The position numbers were made by a program, and so were the translations under genes. The notes below the pieces were generated by a model that was not told the DNA's origin, did not search any database, and was given only the letters and a program-made list of their open reading frames with translations. A stretch of 64,000 nt of DNA, from positions 52,632 through 116,631 of IMG/VR virus record IMGVR_UViG_3300027746_000697, one strand, 5' to 3'. Numbering within the stretch: the stretch's first letter is position 1; each line of letters begins with the position of its first letter. This document shows, in pieces, positions 34,103-45,180 of this stretch. Source of the DNA: a virus.

Positions 34103-34746
34103 GTAACTTAATTTTATTCACTTCGGGTAGCACTACTGATCCAAAGGAAATATCTCATCCTTGGGAATTTATTAACAGTTGTGCAGAGCAATCAGTAGAC
34201 GAAATTAAACTAACGTCAACTGACATTGTACTAGATGTGTTTCCTGGAAATACAATAGCACATTATACTGTTACAGCATTACCTGCAAGAATAGCAGGAG
34301 CAACTCTAATTTCCGCTAATTTCAATCCTTACTCATATATCGAACTGTTTAACAAATATAGACCTACGTATATTAGTTTAATTCCAAAACACTGGGATTT
34401 ACTTTCTAAAACCAAGGGCTGGGATAATTTTGATATGAACTGTGTTAGATATATGGTAACTGGTAGCGGAACATGTTCACAAACTATGATTGATTCATTC
34501 CTAAGCAGAGGCGTACAGCTAGTTGCCAATTGGTATGGCATGACTGAAATGCCTCCGCCGGTATTCATAGGCTACAACTCCGAAACCTTTGACTTCGATA
34601 CTGCAAAGAATTATAACGTTGAGTTTGATAACGGTGAATGTATTATTAACGGTTGGCGCACAGGCGATATATTTGATGTGAATGAAAAAAAGTTTATATC
34701 ACGAAAAGATACAGCAAATGGAAAAACTTGGAAATCTAACATTTAG
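34099..34746 (+). CDS. Truncated AMP-binding (adenylate-forming) enzyme
   Basis: FTSGSTTDPK, YGMTE, TGD. Confidence 0.8.
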   Translation: MSNLILFTSGSTTDPKEISHPWEFINSCAEQSVDEIKLTSTDIVLDVFPGNTIAHYTVTALPARIAGATLISANFNPYSYIELFNKYRPTYISLIPKHWDLLSKTKGWDNFDMNCVRYMVTGSGTCSQTMIDSFLSRGVQLVANWYGMTEMPPPVFIGYNSETFDFDTAKNYNVEFDNGECIINGWRTGDIFDVNEKKFISRKDTANGKTWKSNI

Positions 34747-35296
34747 ACCTTTAGTTGATTCCGATCGTTTAGCATTGGCAACTTTTTGTGTAGAGTGCGA
34801 AAAACTTGGATACGAAAACAATAAATCGTTTGAGTCAATTAAACTTGATAAAATGAAAATGCCTTACGGACAATTCTTTGTTGGGTTGGATCAAGATAAA
34901 ATTGTTACGTTTGCTGGAGTGCATCATCTGCCAGAGCTAGGTAATAATGCATGGAGATGTTTATTTCGTGGAGCACAACTTCCGGGGTATACTCCAACAT
35001 GGAGTATTAACATTTTTAAAAGTTGGATACATTTATCTCACTTACTGTATTATCAAATTAAGCTAGTTCAACAATTAGATCCAACTGCTGAATTTTACAT
35101 TAGCACAAATGTAGACAACAAAAAAGCGGGAGTAAGTTCCCGCTTGGATAAAACTATAATGCCTAGACTAGTTAAGCAAGGTATGTTTACCTTACATAAC
35201 AAAGACATTATACTATATAATACTCTTCAAAATGTTTGGAAATTAAACACAGAAACGTATCTCAGTGAACGCAATCTTTATATTGAAAATTCATGA
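34718..35296 (+). CDS. Putative GNAT-like acyltransferase
   Basis: FFVG..IVTFAGVH pattern; adjacent to the adenylation enzyme. Confidence 0.5.
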   Translation: MEKLGNLTFRPLVDSDRLALATFCVECEKLGYENNKSFESIKLDKMKMPYGQFFVGLDQDKIVTFAGVHHLPELGNNAWRCLFRGAQLPGYTPTWSINIFKSWIHLSHLLYYQIKLVQQLDPTAEFYISTNVDNKKAGVSSRLDKTIMPRLVKQGMFTLHNKDIILYNTLQNVWKLNTETYLSERNLYIENS

Positions 35297-35916
35297 GTTT
35301 CTAAATAACTAGTAAATTCTTCAGGAACTCTAAAAATCAAATGAACACGGTCCGTATCGCCACCATTTATTGTTGCATGTGGAATAGATACGTTTGTTAA
35401 GTACGCGAATCCTGGCTCCATCAGGAACTTTTCATCTTCGTACTCAAAGAAACTTTGAGAATTTGACTTAACAGGAAAATGTATTTTTACATAGTCGCCA
35501 GTATCTACATGGAATCCCAATCTTGTCTCTGGAGGATGCACTACCATCAATGCCTGAGTAGCTTGTATATTTGCAAAGTAATCAACAATTTTCTTCCCAA
35601 ACCCAAATAGCAACTCAGTTGGCACATCGTAATTTCCGCTCATCTGCTCACGGGCCATTTCATCCGTCACACCTTCTTTATACGCCGGGCATGGTTTAGT
35701 AGGATCTTTCAAATCGCTTTGTATGGCCCAATTATAAAATCCGTCCACGTGATGAATACTTTTATCAATAGGATTAGTATCTGGCGTATAAACATCGGCA
35801 ACTGCCCACTTCATGTGCTGGTACTTTTCTTCTAAAGTGTTATAATAATCGAGTAGTTCTTGGAAATCAAATTTAAGATTATCCATTCTTTTTATTTTAA
35901 AATCAAATTGATACAT
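35278..35916 (-). CDS. Asp/Asn beta-hydroxylase-like oxygenase
   Basis: HVD..KIHFP..HATIN..RVHL. Confidence 0.85.
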   Translation of the reverse strand: MYQFDFKIKRMDNLKFDFQELLDYYNTLEEKYQHMKWAVADVYTPDTNPIDKSIHHVDGFYNWAIQSDLKDPTKPCPAYKEGVTDEMAREQMSGNYDVPTELLFGFGKKIVDYFANIQATQALMVVHPPETRLGFHVDTGDYVKIHFPVKSNSQSFFEYEDEKFLMEPGFAYLTNVSIPHATINGGDTDRVHLIFRVPEEFTSYLETHEFSI

Positions 35917-36367
35917 GGGTAGTATTCCTTAATAAATTGTATACGTGTTGGTTATATTTATAATCATGGAATTTGCTATGATTATTAGTGTTCCTGTATT
36001 CTTCTATAAATGCCGCTATAGCCGGCGATCGTGATTGACCTTTTGCACAGTATACGTGAACCGTGCTATTATCTTCTATATTGTCTATAAACGATTTCAT
36101 AGTAGCGGCTTGTTCTTTAGTACAAGCAATAGCATTATAGGGTATAGGAACATATTCGTGTATCCATTTTCTTCTATCTTTTTCAACATCGTCAAACACC
36201 AAATTTAATACATTACCATGTGGCTGTTTAAAATATGGTATAGCATGAATCCAGCCCGTAGCATGAATACAAATAAAATATTCGTTAGGAAACTCATCTA
36301 CATTTTGATCTGTAAATGTAGTAACTTCTTCAAAACCATATCTAGAATAAACTTGAATTGTTAACAA
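35903..36367 (-). CDS. Cys-based phosphatase
   Basis: YCAKGQSRS. Confidence 0.8.
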   Translation of the reverse strand: MLTIQVYSRYGFEEVTTFTDQNVDEFPNEYFICIHATGWIHAIPYFKQPHGNVLNLVFDDVEKDRRKWIHEYVPIPYNAIACTKEQAATMKSFIDNIEDNSTVHVYCAKGQSRSPAIAAFIEEYRNTNNHSKFHDYKYNQHVYNLLRNTTHVSI

Positions 36368-36938
36368 TTTCTTTCACCTTGTCTATTGGAACTTTGAAGA
36401 ATAAATGTACTCGCGTAGTATTACCTTCGTTACTTGTACTATGAGGGACTGAAGTATTTACAAGATACATTTTTCCTGCTTTCATAGCAAACTTCTCATT
36501 GTTAAAAATAAAATAACTAGAGTCATTAGCAATTAAAGGAATATGTATTTTAAAATAATTATCGCTATCAATGTGTGTTCGGATTTTTGTTCCTGGAGGA
36601 TGCGCCGCAATACTAATTTGTCTAGCGTAAGGAAACACATCAAGTATCCATTCAGCAAATCCAAAAACTAATTGAGTATTACGATAAACTTCGCCGCCTT
36701 GTTTGTGTATATTATAAGGGGGACACGGTATAGATAAATCTTCTAGATTACTTTGTACTCCCCACCCGTATACACCTTTAATATTATCTTGCAAATCAGC
36801 ATCGTTTACACTAGACAAGTTTTCGTCTGCGGTCCATTTCAAGTGCGAGTACTTATACTCTACAGTATCTAAATACTCTAAAGCCCAATCCATATTAACA
36901 GGATTATTAAGTTGTTTAACTAAAAAGTCGTTGTACAT
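36342..36938 (-). CDS. Asp/Asn beta-hydroxylase-like oxygenase
   Basis: HID..KIHIPL..HSTSN..RVHL. Confidence 0.85.
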   Translation of the reverse strand: MYNDFLVKQLNNPVNMDWALEYLDTVEYKYSHLKWTADENLSSVNDADLQDNIKGVYGWGVQSNLEDLSIPCPPYNIHKQGGEVYRNTQLVFGFAEWILDVFPYARQISIAAHPPGTKIRTHIDSDNYFKIHIPLIANDSSYFIFNNEKFAMKAGKMYLVNTSVPHSTSNEGNTTRVHLFFKVPIDKVKEIVNNSSLF

Positions 36939-37566
36939 CTTCTGTCCATACCTTTCCATACAAATGAACTCTATTGCCTGTGCCTTTATTTTCTATGCTA
37001 TGAGGCAACGTTGTATTAACAATATAAACCCAACCCGGCTCCATAAACATCTCTTGTCCGTCAATAATCCAATTACTAGAATTATCAACATATATAGGAA
37101 TATGTATACGTATTTTATCAGGACTATCCTGATGTGTAATTAATTTAGTTCCAGGTGTGTGATCAGTTACTACCCATTTTTTACTGCGCAGTGGTAAGTT
37201 ACTAACAATGTCGTATGCATATCCATTAAAACACTTACGTGGATTAAGCATGTCGTCATCGTTATGATCTCTATATTCAATTTTTGCTTGCCCTTGCTCA
37301 AACGGCAATGGCCCGTCTACATCGCTACCCCAACACAGCGTATAGTATCCAGCATCATCCGGAATAATATGTCCGGTCTCTCCAGTCATATCTACAATAG
37401 GTTCCTGCCATACGTGTTGATGCTCGCCCATTATAAACTTCCAACTGCCGTAATTATTTTCAAGTTCTGTATACCAAGATCTAAGTTTATCAATATCTAT
37501 TTTAAACCAAGGCTTTATTTTGAATCCAAGGTCGACAGATTCATGTTTTTCTATGTAACGTTTCAT
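36916..37566 (-). CDS. Asp/Asn beta-hydroxylase-like oxygenase
   Basis: HQD..RIHIPI..HSIEN..RVHL. Confidence 0.85.
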   Translation of the reverse strand: MKRYIEKHESVDLGFKIKPWFKIDIDKLRSWYTELENNYGSWKFIMGEHQHVWQEPIVDMTGETGHIIPDDAGYYTLCWGSDVDGPLPFEQGQAKIEYRDHNDDDMLNPRKCFNGYAYDIVSNLPLRSKKWVVTDHTPGTKLITHQDSPDKIRIHIPIYVDNSSNWIIDGQEMFMEPGWVYIVNTTLPHSIENKGTGNRVHLYGKVWTEDVQRLFS

Positions 37567-38288
37567 TCATTAGTCATATTGATTACATCTAAAATATGCC
37601 AATCAGCTATACGTGTAATAATATGGGCTCGCCTAAATTCCGAGTCATTGCTCGTGCCGTGCCAATCACCTGTATTAAGGATATAAATTTTACCTAATTT
37701 AAAATGATATGAAGTAGCAGTCTCTCTATTTTCCCCAAATGTAAAACAAGCATTTTCATTTGTTTCAATTGGTATATGCAATTTTAAAACTTTACTGTCA
37801 ATGTGCTGTTTAATATACATACCAGGATAGTGCAAGGTTATAATCGCCTGACGAAACGCATCTCGGCCAAGTGTTTCAACTATCTCTTTAAAATATCCGT
37901 ATTCGAATTTTTCCATTATTTTAGCATCGTGGAAAAATGTATCTTTATTAACTTCAGGGAACAGCTCTAAATTTGCTTGGGTCGGCGGAGGAAGTGGCTC
38001 ATCTCTATCCACAGGCCATGCTAGTGTTAGTCCTTCAATTGGACCGCAGTAATATCCACAGTAACCTTTCTCTACTAGCTCTTTACTTTTTTCCAAATCC
38101 AGTTTATGAGTGTTATCATTAAACCCAAAAAATAAATGTGGGAATTTAGACTGTACATCAGTCCACCATTCAGTTAACTTAACTGGATCTAAATCATAGT
38201 TGAGTTCTATAAGATCCCAGTCATTTGTATTGTATAGCAAATCAAGTGTTATGTCTTTTGGATCATAATTTTTAATAAATCTTTCCAT
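37563..38288 (-). CDS. Asp/Asn beta-hydroxylase-like oxygenase
   Basis: HID..KLHIPI..HGTSN..RAHI. Confidence 0.82.
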   Translation of the reverse strand: MERFIKNYDPKDITLDLLYNTNDWDLIELNYDLDPVKLTEWWTDVQSKFPHLFFGFNDNTHKLDLEKSKELVEKGYCGYYCGPIEGLTLAWPVDRDEPLPPPTQANLELFPEVNKDTFFHDAKIMEKFEYGYFKEIVETLGRDAFRQAIITLHYPGMYIKQHIDSKVLKLHIPIETNENACFTFGENRETATSYHFKLGKIYILNTGDWHGTSNDSEFRRAHIITRIADWHILDVINMTNE

Positions 38289-38289
38289 C

Positions 38290-39786
38290 TTATATCCCCA
38301 TGTTAACATATTTATTGGTACTTGCATACCGGGGATGTGTTAAATTTAGATTGTTTTCAACTCTGTATTTCAAATCTTGTGCAAGATAATCTTGCCCGTA
38401 CAATACAAGATCTTTAGGAATTAATGTTTCAAATTTTAGATATTTCTGTTCAACAATTTCAGGCTCTACATTCCAATGCAACATCATGCTGGCCCATATG
38501 TTAGTAGTCCATAGTACTTTGACTCCGGACTGTTTGTTAATTTCTTCAAATAATTTTTCAGGATCGTTAACAAGATCTATGACAAAGTAATTGTGCTTTA
38601 ATATTCGATACCTATCCCATAGTTCTTTAAACTCTTCTGCACTGCCAAATTCTTTTTTGATTTCACTAAGCCAAAAATCTTTGTAGTTGCCCCGATACGT
38701 ACTTGAGAAATTATATTCTAAATCATGTTCTAACAACCACTCGTCAAAGTTTAATCCATCCCAAGTTTCTAATAAATGTTTTTTAAAATTTAAACTAGAT
38801 TCGCACCAATCATAATAATTTACAATAGTATTTTCGTGGAATTTATTATTGCGTAGTAATGCAATAGTTTTAAACCCTGCTGCCGCTGAGAAAATACTAT
38901 CGACAGCCGCCGGTGCCCTTACTCCTTCACCACTAAGACGTTCTGTGTTATATGCGTATACGCGATTCTTTTCAATAAATTCCTGATAGGCTAGTTTACG
39001 TATCCATGCTCTCTGAGTATAATTTTCTATTTTGTCTACAGACTCTTCGTCTTGTAGATTTTTCCATACAGTTTCTAATAAGTCTGGGTTATCGTAAGGA
39101 TACAAGAATGCCTTACACTCACGCATTTCAAAATCAAAATTATCAATTTGTATGTTATTTGTCAATGCTAATGCAATCCAATTAGCACCTTCCTCAACTA
39201 CTGTTGGCCTTACAGTTCCTTCGGAAGATTTAATCCACGCTGGCGTATAGTCAGAACTCATAGTTTGCTCGCTAAGACTATACTGAGGGTACTCGGGTTT
39301 TCTATCCCAAAAGTAACCTTGTTCCAGATATTCAGGACTGCCCAGGCGTTTCCAAGTTTTGATGTTAACCACTAACAACTGGCGATGCAATCCTGGATAC
39401 CTATCTTCTCTGGCCATAATATGACCCATGACAAAAAATTCAGGATTGTTTTTAAAATAATCTACAGCTTTAGTAATAAACTTATACAGTTTTGGAAACA
39501 TCATGCCTTGTGCGACAATGATACAAATGTCATCACCTGCTGTGTCGCTGTCGTCTAATATTTTTTTAACACTATCATTAAAACCTCTGTACTTGCACAA
39601 ATTAATTTGTAGGCTCTGATTAAGCATCCAATAAGTCATATCGAATGTTCTTTTGCGTACAAACTCATTGGGGATATCTCGGCTGAGATCTAACATGCCT
39701 ATTCCAACTTTGGGGATACTACCTGGAGAAACCGCAAAGTATCGTTCTCCAGTAGAAACAGAATTCCAATCTCGTATTTGTGTCAT
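38290..39786 (-). CDS. Hypothetical protein
   Basis: 498-aa ORF within the operon. Confidence 0.75.
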   Translation of the reverse strand: MTQIRDWNSVSTGERYFAVSPGSIPKVGIGMLDLSRDIPNEFVRKRTFDMTYWMLNQSLQINLCKYRGFNDSVKKILDDSDTAGDDICIIVAQGMMFPKLYKFITKAVDYFKNNPEFFVMGHIMAREDRYPGLHRQLLVVNIKTWKRLGSPEYLEQGYFWDRKPEYPQYSLSEQTMSSDYTPAWIKSSEGTVRPTVVEEGANWIALALTNNIQIDNFDFEMRECKAFLYPYDNPDLLETVWKNLQDEESVDKIENYTQRAWIRKLAYQEFIEKNRVYAYNTERLSGEGVRAPAAVDSIFSAAAGFKTIALLRNNKFHENTIVNYYDWCESSLNFKKHLLETWDGLNFDEWLLEHDLEYNFSSTYRGNYKDFWLSEIKKEFGSAEEFKELWDRYRILKHNYFVIDLVNDPEKLFEEINKQSGVKVLWTTNIWASMMLHWNVEPEIVEQKYLKFETLIPKDLVLYGQDYLAQDLKYRVENNLNLTHPRYASTNKYVNMGI

Positions 39787-40499
39787 TGTCTATTAGTATA
39801 ATAACTACTTCTTAATACGTAAAAGAAATCTCTTATACGTCTACCTAATTCATAATGAATAATCATATGTATTCGTGGCTTATCGCTGTTGTTGACTACT
39901 GCATGAACATTACTAATATCCATTAGGAATGCACTACCGTTATCATCAAACGGTACACGACCAAAATCTTTCATAACCATTTCACATCCGTCTGGCATGT
40001 TAAGACTAATGTTACATACGCTTAGTCTTTTTTGATCATTGGGTCTATCTTGATGCGGCAATATATATCCGCCAGGCTCTAATAACATGAATCTCACACG
40101 ATTTAAATATTCAGCCGGCCAAACATCTGTCAAGAATTTTTTAGTTACAGGACATTGATCTGCCACCCAAGTCCATTCTAGTTGTTTTAGCGTGTCTTCT
40201 CTACGATCTCCGTATTGCCCTAAACTTTGTGTATCTTCATTAAGTCCGTGCAATGTAAGGCTTCCCCAACCATTGCCATAGTCTTCTCTATGTGGGTGAA
40301 ACTTATCTAGCAAGGCTTCTGCTTCGGCATGCATTTCTTTCCATGGCTGGTTATCTAATGCACTGAGTCTAAACCAAGGCCACCCAGATTCCATTATGAT
40401 CCATTTTGGATCAAACATATCATGGTATTGTATGTTGTAATTGCCAGAATTTTCTTGCCAAAATTCTTCTAGTTGTTTAGTATGTGGTTTCATGATCAT
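39783..40499 (-). CDS. Asp/Asn beta-hydroxylase-like oxygenase
   Basis: RVRFMLLEPGGYILPHQD..HAVVN..RIH. Confidence 0.85.
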   Translation of the reverse strand: MIMKPHTKQLEEFWQENSGNYNIQYHDMFDPKWIIMESGWPWFRLSALDNQPWKEMHAEAEALLDKFHPHREDYGNGWGSLTLHGLNEDTQSLGQYGDRREDTLKQLEWTWVADQCPVTKKFLTDVWPAEYLNRVRFMLLEPGGYILPHQDRPNDQKRLSVCNISLNMPDGCEMVMKDFGRVPFDDNGSAFLMDISNVHAVVNNSDKPRIHMIIHYELGRRIRDFFYVLRSSYYTNRQ

Positions 40500-40531
40500 A
40501 TAGTTTGCTACACTACTTATGTAAATATCTC

Positions 40532-41530
40532 ATGCTCTGTAAATTATTAGAAAATCAAATATGTATAAGATCCGACGGCCAGTTCAGACTTTGCTGTATT
40601 AGTACAGAAGAGTCAAATGTTGAATCAATTACTACACATACCATTGAAGATTGGGTTTCTAGTAAAACTGTTACAAATGCTCGCAACCAGTTTGCAAATA
40701 ATGAATGGCCTGATGCTTGTGTTAAATGTCGATTGCAAGAAGCGTCTGGGCAATACAGCAAACGATTAACAGCAATGGAGTATGGTCCAGGAATAACGCA
40801 TTTGGATATTCGTTTTGGCAATAGTTGTAATTTAAGTTGCAGTATGTGCTGGCCAGCTTCTTCTTCGTCATTGGTATACGAGCATCAAAAGTTGTTAGAT
40901 AACAATATTGAATCGCCGTGGGGTACTGGTCAGTTTACCGTTTTGAATTGGTATGAAGACAAGTATGCAGAATTATTTGCAAACATACCTACATTAAAAG
41001 AAGTATACTTAACAGGTGGCGAACCTATGATGGTAAAAGGACTAATACATTTTATTCGACTACTTAATAGTGATGTCATTTTACGATTCAATACTAATGG
41101 AACTATATTAAATCCAGAATTACTTAATGAGATAAAACGATTTAAAGAAGTTAACATGAGTTTTTCTGTTGACGGAGTTGGAGTTGTAAACAATTATATT
41201 CGTTGGGGCAGTGATTGGAATACTATCTGCAACAATATAAAAACATGCCAGGATGCAGGGTTTGATGTGAGCATATCTCCAACTGTACAGATTCTGAATG
41301 AAATATATATGGTTCAATTACACAATTGGGCTATGCATCAAAGTATTCCAGTTTTTAAAAATAAACTGATAAACCCTGCGCATTTTAATACCGACAATGC
41401 AATATGGCATGGCGGCAGTCAAGAGATGCAAGAAACATTTAAAAAATATATAAGAATTTTAGACTCTTCACGTGGGTGTAATATAAAAGATTACTTACCG
41501 GAGATTGCACAATCATATGGAATTAATTAA
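40532..41530 (+). CDS. Radical SAM enzyme with N-terminal twitch/SPASM-like domain
   Basis: CNLSCSMC, TGGEP, NTNGT. Confidence 0.9.
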   Translation: MLCKLLENQICIRSDGQFRLCCISTEESNVESITTHTIEDWVSSKTVTNARNQFANNEWPDACVKCRLQEASGQYSKRLTAMEYGPGITHLDIRFGNSCNLSCSMCWPASSSSLVYEHQKLLDNNIESPWGTGQFTVLNWYEDKYAELFANIPTLKEVYLTGGEPMMVKGLIHFIRLLNSDVILRFNTNGTILNPELLNEIKRFKEVNMSFSVDGVGVVNNYIRWGSDWNTICNNIKTCQDAGFDVSISPTVQILNEIYMVQLHNWAMHQSIPVFKNKLINPAHFNTDNAIWHGGSQEMQETFKKYIRILDSSRGCNIKDYLPEIAQSYGIN

Positions 41531-41975
41531 AGAAAATAAAGAAAAACATCGATCTACTTATTTTTGTGGAGACCGTTATCGTAAAGTATGGACCAATACT
41601 ACCTCTAAGTGGATTAGAGATCATGTGCAATTGCTCAAAGAACATATACCCGGTTATGTGTTAGATTTTGGAGAGAATTGGATTGAATATAGTGTTATCC
41701 CAGGAACCCCTGTAAATACTATTCCACATACAGATGATTTCATATTACGAATACATGAATTTTGTTTAGAAAACATCCAACAAACAAAACCATATGTTCA
41801 TGGCGATTGGGTACTAAGTAATATGCTAATACACGACAATGTTATTCGATTATGCGACTGGGATAATTTTGGCATATACTCCGAAGAAGAGATAACGCAA
41901 AAATTATACTCAGACTTGTTATCAGCATTTGGTGAAAGATATTTAAAGGTTATACATGACTCCGCAAGCGTTTAG
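41517..41975 (+). CDS. Kinase-like (APH/RIO-type) protein
   Basis: HGDWVLSN..DWD. Confidence 0.7.
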   Translation: MELIKENKEKHRSTYFCGDRYRKVWTNTTSKWIRDHVQLLKEHIPGYVLDFGENWIEYSVIPGTPVNTIPHTDDFILRIHEFCLENIQQTKPYVHGDWVLSNMLIHDNVIRLCDWDNFGIYSEEEITQKLYSDLLSAFGERYLKVIHDSASV

Positions 41976-43179
41976 TTATCCAACTATTGGTCCTAACAAC
42001 ATGATATACGTGCCTCCTTATGGGCTTACAGAAAGCATTGATTACATGTTAAAGATAAATCCAATTACGTTTGAAGTCACAAAAATACCATTGCAAGTTA
42101 ATGATAGTACAGAAAAATGGCAGTATGGGGTTGTTGTTGGGGACAAAATTATATTTCTTCCATACAACGAACAAAACATTCTAATTGTTAACTGTGTTGA
42201 CGATTCGATAGAGTATGTTAATTTTTCATTAGAAGGTCGTGGAAAATATATCAAGGCACATGTACACAACAATAAAGTAATTGCACTTCCTTACGGAGAA
42301 TATGAACCATTCAATTATATTTGTTCTTTTGATGTTGATACAAAATCGTTACTGTTGAAGAACATAGTATGTGACGTTGATGACGAAAAGAAATGGCACA
42401 CTAGTCAATATTTAAATGGCAAGATATATGCTGTGCCAAGGGGTGAAAGATGGCTGGGCAATTATTTTCCTTATATGATAGAACTAGACTGTGATACATT
42501 AAGATATAAATTAACCAACTTATCTAGCCTATGGGAAGATTATGACCAAGAAGAGTACACAAATAAAAAATATACAACACTTGCTAAAGTAGGTGATAAA
42601 TTGTATGCTCCACCGTACAGTGAAAATCCTAATTTTGATATCATGTTAAAATTTGATAAACAATGGACTCATGAGCGTACCGGGTTAAAAGGAACTTCTC
42701 GAAAGTACTATACCCATAGTGTAACTAGTAATGGTAAAATTTATTGCCCGCCTGCCGGGCATGAAGAAGACTGGAGTGATATGCTAGTTATTGATGCAAC
42801 TACTGATACCTGGAAAACTATCCCGCTTAACGTAGGCAAAGAAAGTAAAAAATACTTTACAGGTTGGGAAAACAGTAAAGGCAAACTATACTATATCCCA
42901 CGTGGCGGCTGCGTGTGTATGCCAACTGAATCGTGGAAAGAGCTTGGCGACTTGGCCGAGGTATTAGTTGTTGATTCCAAAGACGATTCATTTTATACTG
43001 TAGACATTAGTGAATATTTTAAAGACAACACAACTATTGAAAAGTTCAACTCATCTGTTATAGTCGATGATAAAATATTTGCATTTCCTTACGGACAAAG
43101 CGAAACTTTTCATACGGTGTTAGTCTTCGATACAATTAGCGAAACTGTAATTAAAGAGATTAACTTAAATGAAGTATAA
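41956..43179 (+). CDS. Beta-propeller (Kelch-like) protein
   Basis: Repeated K(I/L)YxxP blades. Confidence 0.7.
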   Translation: MTPQAFSYPTIGPNNMIYVPPYGLTESIDYMLKINPITFEVTKIPLQVNDSTEKWQYGVVVGDKIIFLPYNEQNILIVNCVDDSIEYVNFSLEGRGKYIKAHVHNNKVIALPYGEYEPFNYICSFDVDTKSLLLKNIVCDVDDEKKWHTSQYLNGKIYAVPRGERWLGNYFPYMIELDCDTLRYKLTNLSSLWEDYDQEEYTNKKYTTLAKVGDKLYAPPYSENPNFDIMLKFDKQWTHERTGLKGTSRKYYTHSVTSNGKIYCPPAGHEEDWSDMLVIDATTDTWKTIPLNVGKESKKYFTGWENSKGKLYYIPRGGCVCMPTESWKELGDLAEVLVVDSKDDSFYTVDISEYFKDNTTIEKFNSSVIVDDKIFAFPYGQSETFHTVLVFDTISETVIKEINLNEV

Positions 43180-44293
43180 AGCGTTCGAAGACTTTTACAA
43201 AGAAGAACCAATTAAACATTTGGTCTTACACAATCACAACAACGTGTTAGTTAGTCCTCCGTTTGCTACAGAACAATGTAAAGACTATAGTAAAGTAATG
43301 TGTAAAGACGGGGACAAGACTTGGTTTATAGAATTAGACTTGCCTCCAGCTACTAGTAAATTTAATGCCATCTCAAGTATAGGCGATAGTGTTTGGTTTA
43401 TTCCCTATGGTATATGGGATGATTTCAATGTAGTTGTACAATTAAAAGATTTTAAACCAATATACCATTATATCGACAAGCCGGGCAAAGGACAATTCTA
43501 TAGTTCAGCAACTGACGGCAAAACAGCATTTAGTTTTCCTTTAGGTTACGAAGAAACTAGCTATGGTATACATATCAAAGATGATGTCGTACATACTGTA
43601 GAATTTGATAGACAAGAACACACTAAAACTCACATGGGCACTGTACATGCCAATGGCAGATACTGGAGTGCGCCACGCGGCGATACTGCTGGTTATATTA
43701 ACATGACTAGTTTTGATGGTGTTAACATAGAGACATTTCCAATCAATGTTAAAAATCCTAGCGTAACTAGAAAGTATTCGGACATAATTGTAAATGGTAA
43801 TACACTTTACATTTTACCATTTGGGGAGACTTGTGGGGTATCGGAGTTAATAGAATTTGATACGGTTACAAACACATATAAACTTCATGAGTTAGACATT
43901 CCTGATTTTGCTAAGAAATATAATGCTGGGGTGCTAGTAGAAGATACAATCATAGCTTTGCCTTATGGAGATGAACATGCAGACGACAGTCAATGGGGAT
44001 TAACTTACAACATTGTTACTGGCAAGTATTCTACCTTTGACATAGGATTATCATTTGGTGGCAAGTATAGATTTAGGTCGGGTGTTGCATACGGTGGCAA
44101 TGCTATGTTTTTACCTACCGGAACTCCCAGCTGTCCTATTTTAACTATTAACAAGCATGGAAAAATATTAGCAAGGGATATGCTTGCTGATCATTTACTA
44201 GGAAGACCTATTATACATAAGAACAGCGTAGTGACTATAGGTCACAATTTTAATGACAAAGAAAGTTATATAGTAACTTTGGATTCTTTTTGA
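43169..44293 (+). CDS. Beta-propeller protein, paralog of the upstream gene
   Basis: Repeated xxLPYG blades. Confidence 0.65.
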   Translation: MKYKAFEDFYKEEPIKHLVLHNHNNVLVSPPFATEQCKDYSKVMCKDGDKTWFIELDLPPATSKFNAISSIGDSVWFIPYGIWDDFNVVVQLKDFKPIYHYIDKPGKGQFYSSATDGKTAFSFPLGYEETSYGIHIKDDVVHTVEFDRQEHTKTHMGTVHANGRYWSAPRGDTAGYINMTSFDGVNIETFPINVKNPSVTRKYSDIIVNGNTLYILPFGETCGVSELIEFDTVTNTYKLHELDIPDFAKKYNAGVLVEDTIIALPYGDEHADDSQWGLTYNIVTGKYSTFDIGLSFGGKYRFRSGVAYGGNAMFLPTGTPSCPILTINKHGKILARDMLADHLLGRPIIHKNSVVTIGHNFNDKESYIVTLDSF

Positions 44294-45180
44294 AGATAAA
44301 TATCGCTAAGACAACTACATTTGTTAGCAGGGCACGTTATAGGATCAGTTGGTAAGGTATAATTTTCCAAGTTGCCTAACTTGCCGCCTTGCTTACACTC
44401 AGATCTATATATGTCGCCCCACATGTCAATACTAAGCATATCTAAGCCTGCCCAGCAATTCCAACCTTTGTAATTGTTTAAACCTTTTACAATAATATCG
44501 TTTCCTGTGACAGGCAAGTTATCAAGCAATAGAGATCCCCTGTGTATTTTTGAATCATCTATTTTTCTAAAATACGGCCAAGATTTAATAATAGCTTTTT
44601 GTTCGTCAGTGTAGTCACTTACATTGTTAGTTACAAATTCGCCGCTAGTTTTGTCTAAAACTACTTTAGGCCAAATAGCCAACTTGTTAGTTCCGTTGTA
44701 CAATTGCTGGCCTATTTGAACTATACGATCAAATTTGTCTTGCACCATCATTAAATTAACAACAACTACACATTCCACTGCGTTGGCAATATTGATGATA
44801 TGATCAATATCGGCATATTCGTCGTGGAAACTAATCATGATACCATCTGCAAATTTGCTAATTTCTTTATAGTATTCAACTGTTTGACTTCCATTAGTTA
44901 AGAAAGTAAATTGATGACCTTTGGATTTAACTAGTTTAGCCAAGTCTAAAAAATGTTTCCAATATGTAGGTTCGCCGCCACTAATTCTATAACAAATATT
45001 TTTACCAAGGATATCAAATTTGGTTACAAATTGTTCAACTACCTCCCAGTTAGGTTGGCCAGTACTACCGTCATTGAGGTAGTCAGGACAATAGCTACAA
45101 CGATAATTGCATTTATTTGATAAGGTCCATGCAACTAGGAACCAATTCTTTTTACTAGGATCAGCGTAAGTTAGCTTCAT
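44266..45180 (-). CDS. Radical SAM enzyme with C-terminal Cys cluster
   Basis: CNYRCSYC, SGGEPT, TNGS. Confidence 0.9.
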   Translation of the reverse strand: MKLTYADPSKKNWFLVAWTLSNKCNYRCSYCPDYLNDGSTGQPNWEVVEQFVTKFDILGKNICYRISGGEPTYWKHFLDLAKLVKSKGHQFTFLTNGSQTVEYYKEISKFADGIMISFHDEYADIDHIINIANAVECVVVVNLMMVQDKFDRIVQIGQQLYNGTNKLAIWPKVVLDKTSGEFVTNNVSDYTDEQKAIIKSWPYFRKIDDSKIHRGSLLLDNLPVTGNDIIVKGLNNYKGWNCWAGLDMLSIDMWGDIYRSECKQGGKLGNLENYTLPTDPITCPANKCSCLSDIYLQKESKVTI